From positions 51,572 through 71,571 of the forward strand of contig NKIB01012745.1 of the NCBI GenBank assembly GCA_002256025.1: a stretch of DNA of 20,000 bases, given 5' to 3'. The notes beneath the pieces were generated by a model. It searched no databases, was not told the DNA's origin, and worked only from the letters and a program-made list of their open reading frames with translations. Each line of letters opens with the position of its first letter. The first letter of the stretch is position 1. The stretch comes from Asterionella formosa. Lineage: Eukaryota. Positions 1 through 9,718 of this stretch are shown here, in pieces. Made by a program: the position numbers and the translations under genes.

Positions 1-530
1 TTGAGCAAAGTTGATAAAAACCTCGCATTTGGAGTGCGAGCAATGCCATTTGAAGGTGACATTCCTGTCATGCCTCCACCTCATACAAGTGTTGGCTCAT
101 CAACTTTATTCATGGTACCACAGTGGTATCAGTGGTGGTCTACTGAGCCCCCATGCATTCACTCCCTACAATGCTCAAGCCACCATTCATTCAATCAATG
201 GCTAGTGGGCAACAGTTTTGCCTACAACAGTCCCTGGTCAAGTCAATGATATGTGGCAGGCTTACTTTGCAAAATGCAACTGCTGTGATGTTAATACACA
301 TTGCATTTCCCCCTCAAGTAGTGCAAGATTTGAATGAACATAATATAATCAGTAACATTCAAGTTGAAGAGGATTCATGTTTAAAACAGCAGTTTTTTAT
401 ATTTTGAACTACTGGACAAGCCCCAATCAAACTATTTCAGTCAGGATGGAGCAATTATGAATTTCCTTTCATGAACGGGAATACATTAATTTGATGATTT
501 GAATTACCTGAATACCGGTTGTTGCTTTCG
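1..530 (+). pseudogene. Degraded C-terminal part of a STELLO/DUF288-like glycosyltransferase-associated gene (5' part outside the window)
   Basis: Stitching frames gives ...TLFMVP / PHAFTPYNAQATIHSING*WATVLPTTVPGQVNDMWQAYFAKC / IAFPPQVVQDLNEHNIISNIQVEED / TAVFYILNYWTSPNQTISVRMEQL*ISFHEREYI. This follows the DUF288 pattern as I recall it (PYNAQAT..., LPxTVPGRVSDIWRxYFAQ, QDRNxH..D...E, ..L..W....RME.LW..LYERGYI). Stops at 203-205 and 458-460, and at least 3 frameshifts. Confidence 0.75.
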
Positions 531-785
531 CTCCTGAAAGTTGCGGTAATAGGCTGAAACTGAACATTTAGCTATCTTTATCCCATATTAAATTGTTTAT
601 TTAAGCAAAAATGACCGCAACTTGCTGATGTTTGAGTTGATTTTTCTAAAACACATGTACTTTCAGTCCCATATTTGATAAATCATGAAACCCTCAAAAC
701 TGGCAGACTACCCAGTAATTAAGAGCGTCTTGCCATGGGCACCGGCACTGGTAGGCTACGACCGGTATGTATGTAGAGATCATCG

Positions 786-806
786 TACCAGTACCTGGTA
801 CCGGTA
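786..806. repeat. Stacked TA-CC(W)GG-TA units (putative transposon footprints)
   Basis: TA CCAG TA CCTGG TA CCGG TA. The same units occur at 2128, 2691, 2734, 6145, 6191, 6270, 8309, 8765, 8806, 9504, 9570, 9651, 14086, 14128, 14479, 14507 and 14561. Confidence 0.7.
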
Positions 807-1009
807 GGCAGTCTTTGTCTATGTATCCCACATACGGATTAGTATTCTTGTCCCGAATCCGCCCAAAGTCGGTTGTTGACACGTCAGCCGATTTGGAAAC
901 TCTGATGTCTATCATCATGATTTCGGGAAAGCAGTGACAAAGCTGTGCAGCGTGATGGTCGTGAATAAAACAAACTAAAAATACCGTTTCTATTTTGCAT
1001 GTAGCCATC

Positions 1010-1458
1010 ATGTCAAACGGTGAACTGAGTTATCCCAATCTCGCTGGTTGCAAGGTTGTAGTGCAGAGCTCAATTGCTCCATCGAGGCTACCAGTGCATT
1101 TATCGCGAGAGTGTTGGGATGCAGCAAATATTTCGATAGAGCCATTGTACGCGTTTACTTTGGGTAAGAACGATTTCCTTCTGGGACTGGCTGGGACTTG
1201 CCCTATTCGGTTTCATCCCCAGTATTTACTTACAGTTTTTGTATTGCAAACGCAGAAAAGTCTGTTTTAGAGAAGAAGAAAGAAAAGGATTTGGAGTTAT
1301 CAATGGTTTCGACTGGAAGCCGAGAGGATATGCAGCGATCCATGTTGATTAAAATGAAAAGTGTTACGAATGCCAATGAAGATCTCTGCATTTCAATACT
1401 TGAGAGCAATGGTTACGACCTAAAATCATCCATTGAAGCCTACTTTCAGGCGAACTAA
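1010..1458 (+). CDS. Small (118 aa) protein with an N-terminal UMA-like (UBAP1/MVB12-associated) motif and a C-terminal UBA-like domain; exons 1010-1163 and 1256-1458
   Basis: ATG at 1010, GTAAG donor at 1164, CGCAG acceptor ending at 1255 (92-nt phase-1 intron) join two ORFs in frame. The splice creates YAFTLEKSVL, similar to the UMA motif YDFxLE[KR]. The C-terminus MKSVTNANEDLCISILESNGYDLKSSIEAYF fits the UBA-like/TAP-C pattern (..F..VT......A...L....WDL..A...YF). Confidence 0.75.
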
Positions 1459-2884
1459 GAGGGGCGCGTATTCATATTTCCCAGATGAAATGCTTACCTT
1501 GTTTGTCTCGATGCAAATCACACGCGAAAGCGCTGGAGTATGTAAAAGAATTTGGACACCATGCTCTTGACTCAATGAACAACACGCAAAATCAATGCAT
1601 CCGACATGCTGAGAATAATGCTTCGATATGGATAATATTCAATGAAGAGAATTCATTTCACTGACAAAAGTGCGTTCATAACCAGAATAGTAAAACTTTA
1701 CAAGTTTAAGACCGAGATTTTGTTCAATTGACAGAATGTGTTTGCAGGGTACAGGAAACGCAGTTTACCACTATGCAATGAGTATTTAAAAATTATATAG
1801 ATTGTCTCCTATCTTGAAACCAAAATGGTTGAGTACTTTTCTGTGAGGCTGGCATGTCTGTTTAATTTTTGGACGTCAAAGGATCACATCATTGCAGCAG
1901 GACAAATGTACCACATGTAACTTGCTTTGCAACAGTGTGAAAAATTCGGCCTTGTATATCACTACTAGAGGAGGAAAACAATGTCGAGTGTCGATGCCCT
2001 ACTGGAGCATCCAGCTCCTGCCTTGAGATGGCGCATTCTTGAGATAAAATACGCCCTTGCCTATGTAGCTCAGTATAGTTTTAAATCATAGCCTTATCAA
2101 AGGCACCTTGCTAAAACGAGGAGGGAGTACCAGGTACATCTTGTTAGACAGAGGCAGAAAAAGGATATGATGACAACCAAATGCCCATATTGTTTTCTAC
2201 TTTTATGGCCCTCAAACACGACTACTGGTAGTTACCGGAATATGTTTTGGTATGGCCATAACCAGGTACAGTAGAAAAACAGTATACAGTACTTGAAAGT
2301 GTTATGGAAACTGTATATATTTGAAGATTAGTAACTAAAATGAAGGCTTGTCGACTCTATGTTTTGGAATAAAGTGAGCTAAATGTTAAAGGATAAAGTA
2401 GCTAGAAGCAAGCTAGGAGTTGTCACCAGCCAGTTGACAACAGTCAATTTGCAGAGACAGGAAATGATTATTAGTGGAGTAACCACCAAAGACAGGACTG
2501 TTGTGGGACAGGAAATTAGTAATAACACTAGCCCTGGCAGGACTTTTGAGAGACAAGAAGTTAGTAAAAGTGGAATAGCCACAATGGGCCAGTAGACCAG
2601 TGACCAAAAAGGTCATGTGGGAACCACATTGCCGGAGAGATCTGCCGGCAACTCGTTATTTAACTACGGTATACGGTATGCTTGTGTAAATACCGGTACC
2701 AGGTACCAGATCATACATGTCATATGCCGGTATTACCGGTAGTTGTATTGCTTCATGGAAACTGAACATCAACATGCCGGTATGCATAATAGAAGATCAT
2801 CATTTTTACCCGTCCTGATATTGTTTGGCATTTCCTTCTCTCTGCAATCACTTCCAGAACCAACACATCTGCTGTGAGACGATC

Positions 2885-3882
2885 ATGTCGGTATCTGCAA
2901 ACGATACGCGAGCAGCCACTTGGAGTGGGTCCATACCGGTAGTCCTGAGTTTGGCTCCAACGTCCCTTTCATCTCCAACAATGCCCGCTCCGATCCACAT
3001 GTTGGTTTCCAGGCACACTTATCTCCACGTTGGACTCCGTTCAGCAACGAGACGCTTCCACAAGTTTGCCCCACCTGTAATATCCTTTCCAATTACTCGG
3101 AATGAACCCAATCCAGGCGAAACATCGGAAGAAAAAGTGCCTGAAAAGCCAACAGCCGAAGAGTCGTACCCAATTTGTTGGTTCGAAGACGAACAGACGC
3201 AAATTGCTCTGCGATGGCACCTGTTTGCTGGTATACTATGGGATATGAAAAAAGAACCGAAAAGTTTTCCTTGGAGAATAAAACTGCACTTCAACAACTA
3301 CCCTTCAAACCAGGTCCTGCCTATGGAAGGATCTGAAGTATTATCAGTGGTAGAGCGAACATTCAAAAACTCGCTGAAACAGGCATTGTTTCTTCAGCAA
3401 GGGACATCAAAAGTGGCCATGAACATGAGCAAGCAGTCCCATGGTATACTTTGGGAATCCATAATGACATCTAATTATAAGCTCTATCAGGAAGTGGACT
3501 GTGACTTGCAAAATACAAGCCAACTTCTCCCAGTGCGACTGATGATTGATTCCAAACCTCCAATACAAAGACCTATTCGCGTCCAAGGTAAGCACAGCTG
3601 AGCTGAAAAGAGCAGCTACGCATTTCTTGATACGGCAACACTTAATTTATTTCTCATCCTTTAAATAAAGACAACAATGATGCTACATTGGGACAAGTGT
3701 TGAATGATTGGGCGCCTAACCTTTTCCAATCCGGCGAGAACAACTCTATATGCCCAACATCATCCACTATTAGAATAACAATTCAGGGTATCGATGTATC
3801 TCTATCATCCAAAGTCATCGACCTTTGCGAGGCGTTGACCCATCCAGATCACTTTTTGTACATCATAGTGACAACACCATGA
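2885..3882 (+). CDS. ATG5: Autophagy protein 5 (about 304 aa); exons 2885-3587 and 3671-3882
   Basis: Motifs WSGSIP, WFEDE..ALRWHLFAGILWD (cf. LKWHYPIGLLFD), PWRIKLHF, FKNSLKQA (the K at codon 3377-3379 is at the position of the ATG12-conjugation lysine), LPVRL, IQGI and HPDHFLYI. GTAAGC donor at 3588 and AAAG acceptor ending at 3670 (83 nt, phase 1) join the ORFs in frame. Confidence 0.95.
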
Positions 3883-5935
3883 ATGATGACACTCCATTTT
3901 GCACTTATTCTCGTTTTCTTCCCTTCACTTTCCCATTTTGTATGTTTCCCTTATCTCTAGCTCCTCAATCACATCTCCATCCACTTATTTGGATGTAGTA
4001 CAATATCTGCTAGCTTCCTTTTTTCTGTATGTGACTGTCACAGTCTAGATTCAACACTAGCCATTATACCTTCAGCACATCAGATAACAAAAGGAGATAA
4101 TTTCTCAATGACTGATTTGACTCCAGGTTTGAATTGATGATTTCGAACTAGTTGCCATTGTTGAAAATTGTTTATATACTCCTTCAGATTAAATCTATCT
4201 TGGTGCAATTCACTTGGCTCATCCTCCCAAGGAACAAGGCAAAATGATGAACAAATGGCAGCACCAAACAATGTAGGAGGGACTTGTTGACCAATTTTCA
4301 TCATTATAATGATGGGCACACACATGTTTACATTCGAAATTAATTTGCGCATGGGGGAAGGGGGGGAATACAGAATCAAACCATGCACAACAGGAAGGCC
4401 CAGTAGTGCACATTTTATGCACACTTTTTCAGTTTCAATTCACTCCCAATGATTCATCCCATACCTACTGGATGAGATAGGCTGGCTTTCCATTCCTAAT
4501 TCTCTTAAGTACTTTTCTATGATGTTAAATAATCATTCATTAAATCCAAGTCATGTTCTGATCATCAAAATCATGTTCACCAACATCTACTGGTAATGGT
4601 ATTTAGATTTTACTTATACAGTTCACCAAATCTGGTAGTATCATCATTGTTCTAAATTGTGCATCTAAAAATTACATGATAAAATGAGATGTCGGCGACT
4701 GCCATTTTCGATGTCAGTATGAGTGTTATTGAAATAATTCCTTTGCAATTGTATTTTCTATGTCTTGCTTAAAATATGTACCAAATAGCAAACTGTCATT
4801 CTCATTTTTCACGGAGATATTCATTAATTTTGTCATAGTCAAGGTTGAGATGACGACATGATGCAGTATTCTCCAGCAGCCGCTCACAACAACGACTACA
4901 AGAATGTAGTGTTCTGCCCCCTATGTACATAGAAAAAAATTGAAACATCTAGTCTAAATGATTATATAAAATTATACTTTGGGTACTCTGAGCATATCAT
5001 ATATCCTAGCCAAAGTATGTGATACTATGTGATATGTACTGTGATACTGCAAGAATAGCGGTAGGCTGTTGCATCAGGCGTTATAATCATGGCTGTGACC
5101 AGCAATGCATATAGATACAATGATATGTATGTTTATAGTATTGACTAGGCTATCAAGTGGTAGTGGTTGTGTCTGTTCATGTATATATTTCATAGGCATA
5201 AGGGTCATTCAGAAAATCTATTTATATTTGCAAGTTCTAGTTCTTGTTGTCACTAAATTCTAGTCATTTTTTGTCAGCAAGTTCTCAACGTAGAAAGAGA
5301 TGATTCCTATTTGTTTTCCGAAGCTACTACCAGAAGATGGTTTGCTGATCCGGTTCATCAGTCAGCAATAAGAGCTGTGTTCAGAGATTGATTCTGCAAA
5401 TTGTCATCGGTCAATAAGAATAACATTTTCCGCTTATCTCGTCTGGTGGGCATGGGACAAATTATTGGCAATGAGTCGAAACTGAAAAGGTGCGCATAAA
5501 ACGTGCGCTTCCGGACCTTCCAGCCCAGAGAAGCTTACTCAAATCCTTTGTAAATTACTGTTGCCATTCAGACGCACATCATCGATAGAAACTACATGTA
5601 TTCACTTCTACTATGGAATATTTTCTATGATGCATTGAATGTTACTCCCTCTAGCTGGGCGAAAACCATTGCTTGCATCAATTTGTAGCAACGCCAGTGC
5701 CATGATGCAGCTTATATATTTAGGATGAATTATGATTGATAGGTAAAAATAAAATGAGAGGTAAAAGGCAAAATGAATATTATTAGAGGGTTAAAGGATG
5801 AAAGCGAATGATAATAAATGGGTAGAGTATGATAGACAAATAATATCAGTAAGGACAGGAAAAAATTTTAGAGTCAACAAAAGGGGAACCAAAACCAGAA
5901 ATCGAATATAGAATCATCTTCAGGTACATAATAGT

Positions 5936-6221
5936 AAAAATATGTATTGATAGTCATCCAAAAGGACCATATTAGTCATCAGCTTCTTTAAAACCTGAAC
6001 CTTTTGAATTACCAGCAGGACGCTTCTTTACAAATTAATTGACCAAACGAAAGCTGAGAGCCTCATCTCCATTTACTGGAGTTGTTACGTATTCCTCGGA
6101 GCACCGGTACTTGATTTGTTGTCATGGTGAAATTTGACTATCGGTACCTGGTACCGGAATATTTTGAGTCGAAACATGATGGGGAAAATTTACCGGTATA
6201 TGACTCTCAGTTTTTAGGTGG
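5936..6221 (+). mobile_element. Isolated terminal ~290 bp of a second copy of the pogo-like element, inverted relative to 6279-6514
   Basis: Ends in TATGACTCTCAGTTTTTAGGTGG (6199-6221) followed by TA. Aligns in blocks with the reverse complement of 6279-6514, e.g. AAAAATATGTATTGATAGTCAT, GTACTTGATTTGTTGTCAT and TTTGAGTCGAA. Confidence 0.85.
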
Positions 6222-6278
6222 TACCTACTGGTACTATACTTGGTAATGAATGCAAGGTAGACTACCTGATACCAGGTA

Positions 6279-6309
6279 ACACCTAAAAACTGAGAGTCAT
6301 ATAAAGTTT
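6279..6309 (+). repeat. Left terminal inverted repeat of the pogo-like element
   Basis: Reverse complement of 8734-8764 with about 4 mismatches in 31 bp; preceded by TA. Confidence 0.9.
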
Positions 6310-6521
6310 ACCCCATGGTTCGACTCAAACTATTTTAGTCCTATTTCATGATGACAACAAATCAAGTACGTAGCTAGCTAAATGTAGAAAAGGCTCTCCG
6401 CTTTCAATAGGTCTGTTTAATTAGTAAGCAATGAGGCTTCATAATTCAAGAGATATGAAGTTCTTAAAGTTGATGATTATGGTCGTTTTGTATGACTATC
6501 AATACATATTTTTTAGGTACC

Positions 6522-8170
6522 CGCAAGTTTTCTTTCCACTGTTCGCTAACAAGTTGTTTTCATCTACCACCCACTATGCAAATGGATCAAGACCAAATAC
6601 CCATTCATCTTCAAGAGTCTTAGCAGCAAAAATAGTGGCACACATAATTGGATTCCCATTTGCAGCTGTAAACCCAAGACCGGTAAAGTGTGCATCCTCT
6701 TTATGTGCCGATCTTTGCTGTGGTCGCTCACCCTTTCCACAGAGAAATAACTCTCCCCCCACATTGCCATCTTAAGTTTGAGATGCGTTTGATCCCACCT
6801 CGTCAACAAAGAGCAGCCGGTCAAGACAAATCAAATTATTCTTTGTCAGGAGTCCCAATGCATCCTTTTCCTCTACTCCTTCTTTATTCAACCATTCCTT
6901 ATTTGGGAATTCAACAGCAATCCCTCCCGCAACCATCTCCTTGTACACTTGCTCATACATTGCTTCAAAATTATTGTAAGTGCACCAATCGGCTCTCTTG
7001 CTTTCAAATTTGACACCTCGTTGAGCGGTCCCTAACTTTTTCTTTGTTCCTTTTCATGAACCCTCTACAGTAACCCACTCCAAGTTTCGGATTTTTATTA
7101 GATCGGTATGCAGAAGAATGAGTTTGTCTCCATGAATTGACGCTGTCTCCTATTTTAGTTCCAGATATTAAGGAGTTGGCAAGTCGAAGACCATCACTGA
7201 CAGATATAGGATTTCGCATTCAGGCAAGTTGATGAATCAATTCCACCATGTACGGTTCTATTGCAAGCATTGGGCTTACCCTTCCATCATGTCAGTGCCC
7301 CATTTCTTTTGAGACTCTGTTGACAATTGTGCTTCTATTCATGAAAGTTTCTTCTGGCAGCCCATTCCTTGCCTTTGCTTCTGTTATGATCATCGCAAGT
7401 GTTCCATTTTTTACTCGCCTATTGGCATCTTTGAAATTTTCTTGAGCAACAGCATACAAATCACATATTTCCCTCATGGCAATTTCATGTCGTTGCCCAA
7501 CATCTCGTACAGCAGCTGCAGCGGCACCCTTTGGTCTTCCTCCGGTTATTGTGCTGGTTGTTTGTTGACTAACACTGCCTTCTGCATCTGCTTTTCTCAT
7601 CTCGCCCTCACCAAAATTCTCACAGGTATGTTTAATATTGTGTTTGTCATTCTACTCTGCGCTTGTCAGCTCATTTAGCTGGGTTTCAAATGATATCTCA
7701 ACACCACCCTCCTCTTCGTTCTGCTGTGTTTGAAACAAATAAAATAAATCAATTGCTGGGGTGGTTGCTGGTGCTACTGGTGAGGAAACATAATTGGTGG
7801 TGATGGCGGGGGCAAGATTCCTAGGAGCATTAAAGTCACTGGTCGACATTGTGGAAAGGGAAGCAAAAGTCAGAGAGGATGAGGCGGCATTACCCATATC
7901 AGCTGAGAACGTGCTGGTCGATGTACTAGTAGTACTAGAGTAAATCTCATTAAATAATTTCTTGTTCTTCTTCATCTGGTACTTGACATGGTTAATTGAT
8001 AGCTATGGGAGCAATCTTTTCCTAGCCTCCACCACTTTAGAAATAAGCCCATATGGCATTTTATCTCCGTTGTTAGCCTTGATAGCTTCTAACTCTCGAA
8101 TTACATTGTTGAGGTTTAGCTGCTCAATTTTCGTTTCATGAGGAGTTAGCATTCCTTGGTCTGCCAACAT
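6522..8170 (-). pseudogene. Fragmented transposase with a CENP-B/Tc5-type HTH region and the N-terminal part of the DDE domain
   Basis: Collinear minus-strand fragments: MLADQGML...PYGLISKVV...LLP*LSINHVKY (from ATG 8170); GGRPKG; LRLANSLISGT...LGVGYCRGFMKRN (HTH); LLFVDEVGSNASQ (first catalytic D); HFTGLGFTAANGNPIMCATIFA. Several stops and frameshifts. The second and third catalytic acidic residues are not present before the subterminal region. Confidence 0.8.
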
Positions 8171-8733
8171 GATAACTATAGTGTCTCAACGATGACTTTG
8201 CAAATAATTGTATATTGCTTGTGAGACTTATAAGTTGGATTTGTAGGCTTGTTTTTATGTCATGCATACCAGCCGCAATGCTGGTTTACTAGTCGTCTAT
8301 CTTGCCAGTACCAGGTACCACTAGGTTATAATATTTATTTATTGGCGCACCAGCACTTAAACAACTCTAAATAAACAAGTTATTATGGCGCACAACTTAA
8401 TTGCAATGGCGCAAACATGCCATAGTAATGATGCGGAAAAGTCTTGAAACAAGCTCATTATTTATATAGCTTCAGCTTCTCCTATGTGTTGAAAAAGTCA
8501 TGCAGGCTCAATGGGTTAAAACTGATTTGGACCAAAAACCGTCGACAGCCAATTTTGGGCTACTATAACTAAAGAACTAATACGAGATTGCAGTGTTCAA
8601 GTACGAACAATGCTGTTCCTTATATGCACAGGAAGAACTTTGTCTAATCAAGATTTATAATAATACAAATATTCGTCTCAAACCGTGTGATTACCCCGTT
8701 TTGTTATGACTATCCGTACAAAGTACAAAACTG

Positions 8734-8764
8734 AAAGTTTGTATGACTCTCAGTTTTTCGGTGG
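8734..8764 (-). repeat. Right terminal inverted repeat of the pogo-like element
   Basis: ...TATGACTCTCAGTTTTTCGGTGG followed by TA; matches 6279-6309 and 6199-6221. Confidence 0.9.
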
Positions 8765-9718
8765 TACCAGGTACCTGGAAGTACAAGGTCCTACAGACTA
8801 CTGAGTACCTGGTACCCTGGAGTTAAAATTAATCAACTCGGTGAGTAGTATGAGTACGGAGAACAATTTACGATTTAATATTCTGTTGACAATCTTACCG
8901 GCAGTAGTTTCACTTGTGTGCTTTCTAAAAGAGTGAGCTTAAACTAAAATGTAATTTTGAAATGTAGTTTCGATTGAAACATGGCAACTCCTACATGTTT
9001 CTGAAAATTAATTGCTTTTTGTTCCTTGGAGGCGAGGTTCTTCATAGTTCCTACAGCTGTAGTGAAGTAGATTACATCCTCTTCCTTGCTTGTAGCAGCC
9101 AAACATATATCCATCTAGCCTAGGGAGATTTTAGGACATAGATGCTCCTTTACTGAGATACTTCTTTCAGGTATCTGCGCTATGATGATTGGATTGTTCC
9201 TCAATCCTTTAATAGTATGATTCTATTGTTCTTCAATCCTTTGGACAGAACGGATTTGTCTCTCCAATCATTTGTAGTTTAGGGTTTACCAAACTTGTTT
9301 GGTAAACATAGGGAAAACTTGATAGAATTCGCCCTTCGACGTTGTTCTTTATAAAATGTCTGAAGGGGGTTATTAATCTTGGTACCTAATTGTGCATTGT
9401 TCCATCAAACACAACAGCTAGTAGGGAAATGTTGTCTTCACACAAAAGTGGAGACCCAACTGGGAATCAGGAATCAAGAATTCTTCTGTGTTTCAACTCC
9501 TGGTACCGGTATGGGTAATGTGTAGTCTAATATGTTCCGGTATAATCACAGCATAATGTAGTCTGCCGGTACCTGGTACGGTAATTGCGACGGTCTCGAA
9601 ACATCACAGGAGGCCTCAAAAATCTCAACCACAATTATGCACTCGAGGATTACCGGTAGCTATTTTTCCTTTTTCTCTGGAACAACTCTTGATTTATTTG
9701 CTTTCTGTGCTCTTCATT

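Larger units (their letters stand above)
6279..8764 (-). mobile_element. pogo/Tc5-type (Tc1-mariner superfamily, DDE_1-like) DNA transposon, internally deleted and non-autonomous, about 2.49 kb
   Basis: TIRs ACACCTAAAAACTGAGAGTCATATAAAGTTT (6279-6309) and AAAGTTTGTATGACTCTCAGTTTTTCGGTGG (8734-8764), each flanked by TA (6277-6278 and 8765-8766), enclosing transposase remnants. Confidence 0.85.

Noticed and set aside
2350..2630. Possible solo LTR or small ORF (2383-2595) upstream of ATG5
   Set aside because: No convincing TG...CA boundaries with a target-site duplication, no similarity to the 14625-15003 LTR beyond a few bases, and no protein motif.
2934..2941. TACCGGTA inside ATG5
   Set aside because: It encodes the conserved I-P-V residues, so it is coincidental rather than a footprint.
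1010..3882. UMA/UBA gene and ATG5 adjacent as a functional endolysosomal cluster
   Set aside because: Adjacency of two genes in a eukaryote is weak evidence without synteny data.
5357..5570. Minus-strand GTAAGC...TTTTCAG intron-like segment (5538-5482) joining a short in-frame peptide (MATVIYKGFDFDSLPIICPMP...)
   Set aside because: The intron is only 57 nt, the peptide is about 50 aa with no recognisable motif, and stops surround it. It could be chance or an unidentifiable relic.
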